From: an uncultured virus (IMG/VR IMGVR_UViG_3300028805_000099)
Taxonomy: Duplodnaviria; Heunggongvirae; Uroviricota; Caudoviricetes; Crassvirales
Strand: one strand, 5' to 3'
Virus record (IMG/VR): IMGVR_UViG_3300028805_000099
DNA: 64,000 nt
This document shows positions 47,907 to 57,330 of this stretch, in pieces. Under the pieces are notes generated by a model. That model ran no database searches and was not told the origin of the DNA. It saw nothing but the letters and a program-made list of their open reading frames with translations. A program made the translations under genes and the position numbers. How positions within the stretch are numbered: the stretch's first letter is position 1; the number at the start of each line of letters is the position of its first letter.

Positions 47907-48627
47907 AACTTGTATATTTAGCCTTCTTCATATTAAGGTATTCATCTAACTCACTATAATCTTGACTTTTAAATAATATATATGGATTATCTGTGTCTAT
48001 AGTATTAACTGTAATGTTAAAACCAAATTTACTTATAACATTATTAATTAAAGTCTTCCAATAATCGTTAGCTATATTACCCTCAACAACTTTTACTGGC
48101 AATGGTGAATAATCTGATAAACTGAAATTACTGCTTAACACATTATCTAGCTCTTCAACATTATAATCAAGCAAATACATACTATCATTAAGATATTTAT
48201 TATAATTAAATACCCTCAACACTTCAATATTAAATTCAGAGTTTACTCTTAATATTTTTTTCATATTAAGTAACCTTAAATCTCTTGACCATGTGACAAA
48301 ATAGTATTTGGTTAAATCAAACTCTTGATTTAATTCGTCAACAGTAATTAAGTAAGGATATGGTTCAATAAAACTAATATCGTGAATAGTAATAATTACA
48401 TATTCTCCACACTGTTTAATAAATACATGAAGTCCTTTTAAATTTTGATATAATTCTTCTTCATTACCTTTCATCATCCCAAGATAATGTTTATTGCCAG
48501 TATGAATACAATGACCAAAATCGTTACTAGTTATTAACTTTAATTCATCTGGTATTGTTATAGTTGAATCTATAATTCCTCCATATTGTCCTTGTTTAAC
48601 TTTATATGTTTTAAAATTTATATCCAT
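47884..48627 (-). CDS. hypothetical protein
   Basis: 247-aa uninterrupted ORF. Confidence 0.7.
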   Translation of the reverse strand: MDINFKTYKVKQGQYGGIIDSTITIPDELKLITSNDFGHCIHTGNKHYLGMMKGNEEELYQNLKGLHVFIKQCGEYVIITIHDISFIEPYPYLITVDELNQEFDLTKYYFVTWSRDLRLLNMKKILRVNSEFNIEVLRVFNYNKYLNDSMYLLDYNVEELDNVLSSNFSLSDYSPLPVKVVEGNIANDYWKTLINNVISKFGFNITVNTIDTDNPYILFKSQDYSELDEYLNMKKAKYTSYGTENQI

Positions 48628-48648
48628 AACTTTTATTATTTATAAAAA

Positions 48649-48990
48649 TTATTTATCTTCACAGTTTTCTAACTTAGACAATCTTTCTTGAAGAGGAGTT
48701 AAAAGATTATTCTGAATCTTCTCAATCTTTCTTTCTAAAGCAAATTTTTCATCATATCCAATATAATATTCAGTGTCTTTGCTTTTAAGGTCATCCTCCT
48801 CTAAAATAAAGCACTTCTTAGGACCATAAATAGTAGCAAAATAACCACTTTTACTTTTATATTCTTCATTATTTATCATTGGATTTCTTCCAACGAATTG
48901 AATAATTAAATCTTCAAAGTCAGGAGTAATCATTGTAAAACAATCTCCTACTTTAATATCTTTAAGACTTGTTAATTTTTGTAATTCCAT
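48649..48990 (-). CDS. hypothetical protein
   Basis: 113-aa ORF. Confidence 0.7.
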   Translation of the reverse strand: MELQKLTSLKDIKVGDCFTMITPDFEDLIIQFVGRNPMINNEEYKSKSGYFATIYGPKKCFILEEDDLKSKDTEYYIGYDEKFALERKIEKIQNNLLTPLQERLSKLENCEDK

Positions 48991-48993
48991 AAT

Positions 48994-49224
48994 TTAAAAA
49001 ATTGGCGGTAAAAACTATATAGTTCTAGTAGGGTCTATTATTGTATGAAATTGTAGTAATCGCCTATCTAAATCCAATTGGTTTTTTAATTGTGCCAAAT
49101 GGTCTTCTATAGCAACTATTTCTAAGTTATTATCATAGACTTCTCTGCCACAATAAGCACATACTTTCTTATCTTCTTTATATTCAAATTTAACAGACCC
49201 ACAAGATTTACATTGTGTTTCCAT
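48994..49224 (-). CDS. zinc-ribbon protein (ends at TAG 49015, or at TAA 48994 with read-through)
   Basis: CKSCG...CAYCG; read-through adds QFLPPIF and ends 3 nt before the next ATG. Confidence 0.65.
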
Positions 49225-49397
49225 TATAACTTTAATTGTTTATCAATATAGTTAATAATCTTTCTTAAATCCCCTTGGATTTTCTCTCTTTCTGATGTAG
49301 ATAGTTTACTACCTTCAATAGCAGCACAACTATCACATTCCATAGCAAGGGAGCTGAGTTTATTCCTCAGCCCCACTATCCATTTGTGTCTTATCAT
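49224..49397 (-). CDS. small hypothetical protein, 57 aa
   Basis: MIRHKWIVGLRNKLSSLAMECDSC...KQLKL-TAA, TAATG-coupled to the next gene. Confidence 0.5.
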   Translation of the reverse strand: MIRHKWIVGLRNKLSSLAMECDSCAAIEGSKLSTSEREKIQGDLRKIINYIDKQLKL

Positions 49398-49635
49398 CTT
49401 GTTTTGTTTCTACTTTTTTCATTACTTCACCTGCATATAGTAAAATATGCTCCATATGAGTTTTTGTGTCTTTTTTAAATTCATTAAGAACATCTTGAAA
49501 TTTCTTTATCATTGGAAAGTCTTTTCCAAAGAATCCTTTCATACAGTCAAGAAAATCTTGATAATCTTCAATATTCTTGTTTGTTCTATTAAATACAACT
49601 TTCCATTCTTGCCAAATCCAATCTTTTGGAAACAT
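49360..49635 (-). CDS. hypothetical protein
   Basis: 91-aa ORF with AGGAG leader. Confidence 0.65.
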   Translation of the reverse strand: MFPKDWIWQEWKVVFNRTNKNIEDYQDFLDCMKGFFGKDFPMIKKFQDVLNEFKKDTKTHMEHILLYAGEVMKKVETKQDDKTQMDSGAEE

Positions 49636-49658
49636 AATTACTCCTATTTATTTTGATT

Positions 49659-49922
49659 TTAAGGAAATACATATAATATAACATATTGTTCACTATAGTC
49701 GTCTGGTAATCCTTCTGAAGTATAGCCACTTAATGGAGGTACTCCACATCCAAAAACTCCCATATTTATCATATTCCCTTTCCAAGTAGTAGTAAATACT
49801 CCTTCAACAGGATATACATCAATGTGGTCATTAGGAAATCCTGCACTTTTATCAATGCCTAAAAGACATTCTTTATCTTGAGGCATCTTTTGCAGTTCCT
49901 CTATAAGTTCTTTAGTTGTCAT
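49659..49922 (-). CDS. hypothetical protein (MTxKELIEELQK family)
   Basis: 87-aa ORF. Confidence 0.7.
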   Translation of the reverse strand: MTTKELIEELQKMPQDKECLLGIDKSAGFPNDHIDVYPVEGVFTTTWKGNMINMGVFGCGVPPLSGYTSEGLPDDYSEQYVILYVFP

Positions 49923-49924
49923 AG

Positions 49925-50401
49925 TTATTTCTTTTCAGATTTAACAGGCTTTCCAAAGTTCTTCAAGTTCTCAATAAACTTATTTCTTGGACCAATGAAG
50001 TAGTAATCACCTTCACAATTAATTCCCATAAGAAGAAGGTCTTTCTTTTCATAAGCCTCGTTTATATAAGACCTATATTGTTCAAGCCATTCCTTTTGTT
50101 TATCACTTACTTCTTCTTTTGTATAATAAGGATTAATGAGAAGATATAATTGAAGCACAGTATCTTTATCTTCCTCTTTGGTAAGCTTTAATCCAATTAC
50201 ATCATTATCTTCATATCCTCTCATTAAATCCCAAGCGTCTTCTTTTGCTACAATAAGGTCTTGAAATTTAAGTTTAAGTACTCCTTTAGCACTCTTTTCA
50301 TACTTTTCACATTCCTCCTTGGTATCCCATAGATTACCATCAAAAGATTCGTATTGATAAGTATAGTCTTTCCTAATTATTTCTTTTTTAATTTCTTTCA
50401 T
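49925..50401 (-). CDS. hypothetical protein
   Basis: 158-aa ORF; YESFDG...EECEKYEKSA. Confidence 0.75.
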   Translation of the reverse strand: MKEIKKEIIRKDYTYQYESFDGNLWDTKEECEKYEKSAKGVLKLKFQDLIVAKEDAWDLMRGYEDNDVIGLKLTKEEDKDTVLQLYLLINPYYTKEEVSDKQKEWLEQYRSYINEAYEKKDLLLMGINCEGDYYFIGPRNKFIENLKNFGKPVKSEKK

Positions 50402-50425
50402 TTTAATAAAACTTTAATCAATTTT

Positions 50426-50842
50426 TTATTCGTTAATATCATAAACATGAGTGTTTGTATCTCTTGGCTCAGGTATAATCCTACACATAAAATTATAGTA
50501 TTCTTCTGCCAAGTGTTCTATTTGTTCAATGATATCAGAATTTTTCCAAGCAAAGACGAGTTCTAACTTTTCATCAATTGTTCTTGACATATCTACATGA
50601 ACTTCAAGGCCCACTCTATCTCTAAATGATTCAGGTATTCTATCAAAATATTCTGGATGAAGAGTCCAATCATATACTGAAATAATGATTTGATAGGCTG
50701 CTCTGTCTTCTTCCCACGGATTATCATCCTTATGAAATGCCTTTCCTATGATATAATCTTCGTGATGCCATTGTTGGTTATGTTTTCTATAACCTCTTTC
50801 AATCAAAGATTGCTCTAATTTTTCAAACTCTTTTTTAATCAT
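50426..50842 (-). CDS. hypothetical protein
   Basis: 138-aa ORF. Confidence 0.72.
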   Translation of the reverse strand: MIKKEFEKLEQSLIERGYRKHNQQWHHEDYIIGKAFHKDDNPWEEDRAAYQIIISVYDWTLHPEYFDRIPESFRDRVGLEVHVDMSRTIDEKLELVFAWKNSDIIEQIEHLAEEYYNFMCRIIPEPRDTNTHVYDINE

Positions 50843-50854
50843 AGTTACAATTAG

Positions 50855-51016
50855 TTAGTAGTTCCAAGATATTCTTTTACTGGCAACATAAATCATTTCT
50901 TTATCCTTATGGTTTTTTGCAATATCTTTAGTTAAATAAATCTTTCCATCAGTGATAAAGTCACTATTATGAAAGTATATATTAACCCATCCTTTATATA
51001 ATATACTAGGTTTCAT
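50855..51016 (-). CDS. small hypothetical protein, 53 aa
   Basis: MKPSILYKGWVNIYF...RISWNY-TAA, overlapping the thyX end. Confidence 0.5.
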   Translation of the reverse strand: MKPSILYKGWVNIYFHNSDFITDGKIYLTKDIAKNHKDKEMIYVASKRISWNY

Positions 51017-52202
51017 ATTTACTTGGATATTTCATTATTCCTTCCCATACACCAACTTTCTCAAATTCTTGCTTGATAAGTTCTGCAAGCTGTTTGATTT
51101 GGGGGTGAGGTTCACCTGTCTTACCAAACAACCTTTGTGCAAACCATTCCCTCCAATCACTCTCAAAAGCTGTATAAACCACTTCTGTTTTAGTACATAA
51201 TGGCAATACTTGCCTTGCTTGCTGAGGGGTAAGAGGATTGTTCTTAAAGCCAGTTCTAAATCTCTTATCTTCTTTCTTGTTTTCCCAAGCCTTGAGTAAC
51301 CTCATATAAGCCCTATTACAGGAGTCCAAGGAATGAAGATAACAAGATATAGCCTCAGCATCATCAAAGTTGGCAGGCATAACTGAAATACCCATCATAA
51401 GATTCTCGTCAGATGCACCCACTCTAAAGCATATTCCATCATGCCAATAGGCAGAACCCTCTGGAATATCAAGCCAGTTTGGTATAATGAAAGTTAGTTC
51501 ATTACCAAACTTATCTTTTGAGAAATTGCAGTATCTTGTAGATTGCTCAACAATGCTGAATGTTCTATGACGATTAAACTCCCTTGTAACCCCAATATCA
51601 GTGATTACTTTCATAGATAACCTCTTCTCATGGAATTCAGTTGGTTCACAGATATATTTTAAATCATCAAGCCAATTGTTTTCTATAATCACACGAAAAT
51701 TTGTTGTAATATATGCTATATGTTCAAAATAAATTCCATCATCATCATATTTGTAATCATCACTTTCATCATATGATAATGATTTATTTTCATCAACATA
51801 TGTTCTTTTTGTTGTTATTGGAGAACATCTTTTGTAAGTTGATTCAATATGGCACTTAGAATATTTATTATGATAATATTTAGACGCTTTTATTGAAGAT
51901 TCATTTATTATATTAAACTCTTGGAATGGAGATGGAAGCTTATCATGGTCTACAATTTTACGCCACCAAGATTTACCATACGAATCTGATATAAATGGAA
52001 TTTTTAGATATACAGCCCCATGCTCTAGTACTGAGAAGTGTCTACTCTTAATAAGCATATCCACAAATTTCTTTGCAGAGTCATCAGTCATCTTATCCCA
52101 ACTGAGATATGATGTTCTTCCAGCTAATTCTATTTGCTTATAAATACCATCAATACCTGCTTGTTGAGGCAGGTATTGAGCTGATTGGTTTATTAGTTTC
52201 AT
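51006..52202 (-). CDS. thyX: flavin-dependent thymidylate synthase ThyX
   Basis: HFSVLEH, REFNRHRTFSIVEQSTRYCNF (RHRx7SxR), ARQVLP, HPQI; ends at TAG with TAA 4 codons later (50994). Confidence 0.93.
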   Translation of the reverse strand: MKLINQSAQYLPQQAGIDGIYKQIELAGRTSYLSWDKMTDDSAKKFVDMLIKSRHFSVLEHGAVYLKIPFISDSYGKSWWRKIVDHDKLPSPFQEFNIINESSIKASKYYHNKYSKCHIESTYKRCSPITTKRTYVDENKSLSYDESDDYKYDDDGIYFEHIAYITTNFRVIIENNWLDDLKYICEPTEFHEKRLSMKVITDIGVTREFNRHRTFSIVEQSTRYCNFSKDKFGNELTFIIPNWLDIPEGSAYWHDGICFRVGASDENLMMGISVMPANFDDAEAISCYLHSLDSCNRAYMRLLKAWENKKEDKRFRTGFKNNPLTPQQARQVLPLCTKTEVVYTAFESDWREWFAQRLFGKTGEPHPQIKQLAELIKQEFEKVGVWEGIMKYPSKYET

Positions 52203-52618
52203 TTTAAAATTCTCCTTATTAACATAAACAAAAACTTATGTTTGTTTTTATAGACAGATTCCTCTGATGTATTCTTTACATTACTATTCAAATAATTGGT
52301 ATCTCCTATTATACTAAATGCAGAAGGCATATTAAACTTAGAAACAGGGTCTGGAAAATACTTACTATAGCAATAATGATTTCTAGAATAATACCTTGCT
52401 TTCAGTAGATTTACAGAAATACCACTTTTATCTGCTGCTCTATTAAAAGCAGAATTTATATTTCCAGGAGTTTTTGTTATTTCTTCATACAAAATAGCAG
52501 CTATCTCTTTTGATTTATTATAATCTTCTTCAATAGAATCTATAAATTTAGAAATATTATTATCCTTATTGAATCTGATTATTTTATCTTCTAATTTTTT
52601 AGCGATTTTCCTCTTCAT
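52199..52618 (-). CDS. hypothetical basic protein
   Basis: 139-aa ORF coupled to thyX. Confidence 0.65.
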   Translation of the reverse strand: MKRKIAKKLEDKIIRFNKDNNISKFIDSIEEDYNKSKEIAAILYEEITKTPGNINSAFNRAADKSGISVNLLKARYYSRNHYCYSKYFPDPVSKFNMPSAFSIIGDTNYLNSNVKNTSEESVYKNKHKFLFMLIRRILK

Positions 52619-52620
52619 AT

Positions 52621-53376
52621 TTAAGCTAATTTAAACATTTCCTTAAATAATTCATGAGTACTAATATGGTCAGAAATGTAACTTATTGGATGTGAGGACT
52701 TTAGGGATTGTGTCACATGATTGTACAAATCAAAGGCAGTAAAGTCTTTATCAAACAAGTGCTTAAAGTTCTTACTAAAACTTAACTCTTTCTTAATTAT
52801 AGACATTTGAGTTATGGTAAGTACTTCTTTCTTAAAGAATAATTCACCAAGAATATTATAAGTATCTTGAGGACTAATCTCAAAGTGTTTTAATTCATTC
52901 ATTTGTCTTACAATATTCTCAAATGCTGTTTGTAATACTGAAATACCTCCATTAATATTGGTTACAATATCTTCCTTTGTAGTACTAGTTTCTCCTAAGA
53001 TAACTCCTTTATGAATCCTCTTATATTGGTAATCTCCTGATACACAGCCATTTGAGCAGATAAAGACATTTACGCCACAACATACAGCAAAACTCATAGT
53101 CTTATCGTAGGAGTTTCTAAACATAAGTCTTTGTCCAAACTCTCCATCATCTGTACCAATATCATAAGAACCAATTACTCCTTTAACCAAGCCAGTGTTG
53201 GTATTAGTTGTTTTATAGCTCTCATTCTTTATAGTTAGTCCAAGATTTCTAAGTTTATCTTCTATTGTATCCATAATAAACTTATTGGATACTGGAGTGT
53301 AAGTATCACTATCCCAAGGAATAGTAGGAGCATTATATACACTATCTCTATTGCTTAAATTAAATTGTTTTCTCAT
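52621..53376 (-). CDS. DUF932-like domain protein
   Basis: TYTPVSN, RNSYDKTMSF...FICSNG, FDLYNHVTQSLK; likely start MRKQF at 53376. Confidence 0.7.
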   Translation of the reverse strand: MRKQFNLSNRDSVYNAPTIPWDSDTYTPVSNKFIMDTIEDKLRNLGLTIKNESYKTTNTNTGLVKGVIGSYDIGTDDGEFGQRLMFRNSYDKTMSFAVCCGVNVFICSNGCVSGDYQYKRIHKGVILGETSTTKEDIVTNINGGISVLQTAFENIVRQMNELKHFEISPQDTYNILGELFFKKEVLTITQMSIIKKELSFSKNFKHLFDKDFTAFDLYNHVTQSLKSSHPISYISDHISTHELFKEMFKLA

Positions 53377-53380
53377 AGTT

Positions 53381-53584
53381 TTATTCTTCTGGATAAGGAT
53401 TGTGGTCATCTGTTTTTGAATAACCGTTATCATCAAACATTTTACATTCTTTAATTTCTACTATATGCCAACTTGGAAACTGCCCTTTTATAATTAATTC
53501 TGCATCTTCTATACAAGTTGCTTCAATTCTTTCTGTTCTTTTCAAACCTTCTTCAGGTTCTTCAATATCTATTAAGTAAGTCAT
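53381..53584 (-). CDS. hypothetical protein
   Basis: 67-aa ORF, tightly packed. Confidence 0.6.
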   Translation of the reverse strand: MTYLIDIEEPEEGLKRTERIEATCIEDAELIIKGQFPSWHIVEIKECKMFDDNGYSKTDDHNPYPEE

Positions 53585-53589
53585 AATGC

Positions 53590-54192
53590 TTATATCTCTT
53601 TATAATATAATAATGTAGGGTTATTCTTATGTATGTCAATGTTAGGATATACTTCTCCAAAATGTCTTAAGTCAAAAGGTTTTGTTATTATATGAAAACC
53701 ATGTAGTGTAGGAACTGTCAAAATTACCTTATTTGTATTGTCAAGAGGTTGGCATTCATTATTTATATACTTTATACATTCATCGACAAATTCCTTTTCT
53801 TTTGTATCAATATCTACAAGAAAAGTCTTATCACTGCTTTTACATCTTCCAACTGATGTTGAATATAAATGTTTTACACCATGATAATTTTCTTGGCTTA
53901 AGTATTCAGCAAGAGTGTTTAATACTTGAAATCCTACATCTTTATAGGTTTTCTTAGATATATGTATATAAGCTCTTGCATTAAAGAGTTCACATAATGT
54001 GATTATTTCATTCTTATGTTTTTCCAAATATTCAGGGTTTTCAACCATGTATTCTCTTATTACATGATTGTTGCTTCCTAAATCTGGATTTTCCTTACTT
54101 CTTTGTATAATTTAAAGAAAATGGAACTCTCCTTCCTTACAAGGATGAGAGTTCATATATTCTTCAATCAGTTGAAAGTTATCTATTATCAT
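53590..54192 (-). pseudogene. AEP/primase-like protein interrupted by an in-frame TAA at codon 27
   Basis: MIIDNFQLIEEY...EFHFL[TAA 54112-54114]IIQRSKENPDLGSNNHVIREYMVENP...; motifs FNARAYI, LVDIDTK, PTLHGFHII. Confidence 0.6.
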
Positions 54193-54490
54193 CTATGTTT
54201 ATTTCAAATGTTATTTTACAACCGTTTCCTAGATTACATGTTAAGGATTCATATTTATAACTCTTTGCTGCGCAATCTAATAATAGTTTGTGTAATCCAG
54301 AAATATAAATAATGCCTAAAATATCATTTTCTATATCATTCATTGTCAAAACCTTTTCCTATAAGTATTTTCCAACAATCTTTGAAACCTTGTTCATAAC
54401 ATTTCATCATTGTTTCTGACATTGTTTCTATCAAAGGTTTTAAGTTGTTATCAAACTCTTTCTTAAATAATTCTCTTAGTTGTTGTTCAT

Positions 54491-54881
54491 TCATTTCTCA
54501 CCTCCTTCCAGACTTGGGATGGGCATCCAATGAGTAATAAACTCTGGCTTGAAATAGTATGTAGAAACCCACATATCGAAACCATAATCATACCTTGCAA
54601 TCACATAATATTCATTGTCATAATATTCCTGTCGAGTAAGAACATATTTACTATAATTCTTGTTTTCTATTTTTTTTTGGCAATGCTTCATCAACTGAAA
54701 TCCATTTGTTTTGCAATGCAAAGGATATTCCATGCTCAAAAAATACACTTCCTGCCTTCTCAAGGAAAATCTTAATAGCAGGCTCTAACTCCATACCGTT
54801 TTCATATCTAAATGATTCGACATATTCTTGAATTATTTTCTTTTCTGTTGCCTCAATCCGTTTTTGTAGTATTGTGTTCAT
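54491..54881 (-). pseudogene. DUF551-like protein split by a frameshift in an A9 run
   Basis: WISVDEALP (frame of 54881) and ITHWMPIP (frame of 54491) join if one A is removed at 54670-54678. Confidence 0.7.
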
Positions 54882-55150
54882 AATGTTACTTCAATTTCTG
54901 TTATATTTCTGTGATAATTGTTTTCATCTTCATTGTAAGACTTGCAATATTCTTCGGCTTTGTTTTTATCGAAGAATACTTTTTCTACTTCATCGTAGTG
55001 TAAGTCACTTCTTGTTACAACATAAGCTGTTTTGTATTGTTCATCTTTCCATTGAGCCATTCCCATGCAAGCTGTTAAAATGTCCAATGAATCACATTCA
55101 TCGTCTTCATAAGAATTGGAAATCTCTTTTGCTTTCTCTAAATCGTTCAT
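54878..55150 (-). CDS. hypothetical accessory protein
   Basis: 90 aa; MAQWKDEQ motif; ATGA-coupled. Confidence 0.7.
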   Translation of the reverse strand: MNDLEKAKEISNSYEDDECDSLDILTACMGMAQWKDEQYKTAYVVTRSDLHYDEVEKVFFDKNKAEEYCKSYNEDENNYHRNITEIEVTL

Positions 55151-55425
55151 TTTATGTAAGGATTTGAATTTGGCATTTCTTCATTGAATAGTTCTCTGTA
55201 AATTTCCTCAATGGTGCAACGTCTTATTGAATCCTGTGCTGCTGATGAGGATAGAAGTTTTGTTTTTTCAATTAGGAGTTGCTTCACTTGCTCGTCTTTC
55301 CATCGAGCCATATCTAAACAAGCATCACTAATGTACTTTCCTATGTTTAGGTTTTGCTTTTTGCTTTCTTCAAAGTCACTCCAAGTAATCATTAAAATTT
55401 CTTGGGCTTTCTCTTTGTTTGTCAT
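55147..55425 (-). CDS. hypothetical accessory protein
   Basis: 92 aa; MTNKEKAQEI...MARWKDEQ, N-terminus similar to the neighbouring gene. Confidence 0.7.
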   Translation of the reverse strand: MTNKEKAQEILMITWSDFEESKKQNLNIGKYISDACLDMARWKDEQVKQLLIEKTKLLSSSAAQDSIRRCTIEEIYRELFNEEMPNSNPYIK

Positions 55426-55426
55426 A

Positions 55427-55636
55427 TCAAATCAAGTTTTGAATTTGTCCAAATACTTTTTCTCTAAATCTTTCAGCTTCTTCATCTTTTGCTTGATAAT
55501 AAGCATATAAAGCAACATCCATTGCAAGTTGATAAGCTGTTTGATTATGTTGAATCCAATTTTCAGCATATTCAACTTTTACTATTCTCTTCACAGATTC
55601 TAATACAATCTCCTTTGCTTTGTCTGATGTAATCAT
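55427..55636 (-). CDS. hypothetical accessory protein
   Basis: 69-aa ORF. Confidence 0.6.
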   Translation of the reverse strand: MITSDKAKEIVLESVKRIVKVEYAENWIQHNQTAYQLAMDVALYAYYQAKDEEAERFREKVFGQIQNLI

Positions 55637-56004
55637 ATCAAGTTTTTCAAAACATATAATAACGCTGCTTCAATAGCTTCTTCTGGCTTATCAAAACTAA
55701 GTTTTTCTAATTCTTCAAAGTATTGAATATCCCAAGATTCTTCCGTCATTGTGTAAATCGCAGGATAGAAACAATGTTTATCGTTTATATCTGGTTCAGA
55801 TGTGATATAAATACTATGCACTTCCCTCAACCATTTAAGAGCAAGGGATTGTGAAGGACAATCAAGAAGTTCTTCATCACAAAAACCATACATAGTGTAG
55901 TCAACAAGCGAACCATTAAAGTAAGCTTGCCTACAAGGTATATCAAACCCTTTCTCTTTCAAGAGTTCGGCAATTTCAAAGCTGCAATAGTCCTCGGTTA
56001 TCAT
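55633..56004 (-). CDS. hypothetical protein (MITEDYCSFEIAELLKEKGF family)
   Basis: 123 aa; LALKWLREVH, EEAIEAALLYVLKNLI. Confidence 0.78.
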   Translation of the reverse strand: MITEDYCSFEIAELLKEKGFDIPCRQAYFNGSLVDYTMYGFCDEELLDCPSQSLALKWLREVHSIYITSEPDINDKHCFYPAIYTMTEESWDIQYFEELEKLSFDKPEEAIEAALLYVLKNLI

Positions 56005-56066
56005 AGCTCAATAGTTTTTTCAATTCCACAAAGTTTTAATGCGTGTTGTAATAATGTTATCTGGAA

Positions 56067-56285
56067 TCATAATTCTTCCTCCATGTAGTTTTTGAAATCT
56101 TCTACTGTCCAAAACATTGGTCTTGACATAGGTTGCTTAGATAGCCACTCACAAGCCTTATCCAAGAAGTCTTGCATGGCTTGGTCGTAACCTTGGACAT
56201 AACCTTTAAATATAGAACCTGTATCCCAAGGATAATCATATTGCTTTACAATTTCCAATGCTTTTTGTTCTGCAATCTTGCTCAT
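56067..56285 (-). CDS. hypothetical accessory protein
   Basis: 72 aa; DKACEWL...VEDFKNYMEE. Confidence 0.7.
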   Translation of the reverse strand: MSKIAEQKALEIVKQYDYPWDTGSIFKGYVQGYDQAMQDFLDKACEWLSKQPMSRPMFWTVEDFKNYMEEEL

Positions 56286-56932
56286 TGTTGTTCAGTTTTA
56301 ACGATGATTATTTTTACTTTATCACCAAATTTAATATCTCTGAAAGCATCATTTAATGGTTCTGATTTTACACTTAATTGGTTATGAATGTCTTTAACAA
56401 CTTCACCCCCAATCAATGCTTTCATCATCTCCTCTCTCATATCAAACCTACCTTTTTCATACTCAGTTTGGAGAGCTTCTTTCATCTGCTGTTTCTGCCA
56501 TTCACAGGCTCTTACCCATGCTAATGCTGCACTTGTATTATCTTGAGTAGACTTCCATCTATTATAAGCATCCTTACAATCTTTTAGGTTAAGAAAACCA
56601 AATTGTTTGTTATGATTTTCTTTTTGCCATTCAGCACCTGCGATAAAGGTTTCTTTACTTTCAGACATTTTATGTAGTATACCTTCATCCCACCAAGATG
56701 ATTTTGCTAGATTACAGTTGTTGTAAAACGCCTCTGCTGCTTCCTCCAAATCCTTGTTTGCGGGTTCTTCCGTAAGGGAGTCAATGAATTTAAGAAGACT
56801 TTCTAATGCAGTATATTTTGGATGTTGGTCAGCCCATTTTGCTCCGTCCTTAAAACCTTCATAAGATTTTTCAGAATCTAATGACGGATAGTTTTCATTT
56901 GCTGCTTGTACTATTTCTTCTTCTCGTGTCAT
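56282..56932 (-). CDS. hypothetical protein with GAxWQK repeats
   Basis: GAKWAD, GAEWQKE, ACEWQKQQM, GDKVKIIIVK. Confidence 0.78.
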   Translation of the reverse strand: MTREEEIVQAANENYPSLDSEKSYEGFKDGAKWADQHPKYTALESLLKFIDSLTEEPANKDLEEAAEAFYNNCNLAKSSWWDEGILHKMSESKETFIAGAEWQKENHNKQFGFLNLKDCKDAYNRWKSTQDNTSAALAWVRACEWQKQQMKEALQTEYEKGRFDMREEMMKALIGGEVVKDIHNQLSVKSEPLNDAFRDIKFGDKVKIIIVKTEQQ

Positions 56933-56936
56933 AGTT

Positions 56937-57092
56937 TTATTCTTCTTTTGGTAAGGTTTTCAATATAGACAGTACCGTACAATCTTTTATTGCTGAATCA
57001 TCTTGTATCCGTTTAACAATCCTAGCTTTAACGCCATACGGCAACCTTGCGCAAATGTCTTTTAATAAAAGTTGTTTTTCTTCTTGTGTCAT
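56937..57092 (-). CDS. short (probably truncated) MTQEEKQLLLKDICARLPYGV-family protein, 51 aa
   Basis: Manual translation; recognisable N-terminus, early TAA. Confidence 0.55.
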   Translation of the reverse strand: MTQEEKQLLLKDICARLPYGVKARIVKRIQDDSAIKDCTVLSILKTLPKEE

Positions 57093-57095
57093 GAT

Positions 57096-57329
57096 TTATG
57101 CAAATTTTACTACCTCACATAAATTATCATATGTTTCCCAATCCGTATCCAGAATTTCTTTTGGATTAGGGTTCGTCAGGTCTTCTGTTACACACAACCA
57201 ATATCCGTCAAAGTCTTCACCTGTATTGCATAAGAAAAACTTGAACAGTACTTCTTTTTCTTCGCCGTTGATTTCAGTTCTTAAGATTGATTTTCCTGGT
57301 ATTAATTTTCTAAATTCTTCTTGTGTCAT
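57096..57329 (-). CDS. hypothetical accessory protein
   Basis: 77-aa ORF. Confidence 0.65.
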   Translation of the reverse strand: MTQEEFRKLIPGKSILRTEINGEEKEVLFKFFLCNTGEDFDGYWLCVTEDLTNPNPKEILDTDWETYDNLCEVVKFA

Positions 57330-57330
57330 A

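Noticed and set aside
54112..54114. General reassignment of TAA
   Set aside because: Single case; TAA ends most genes in the window
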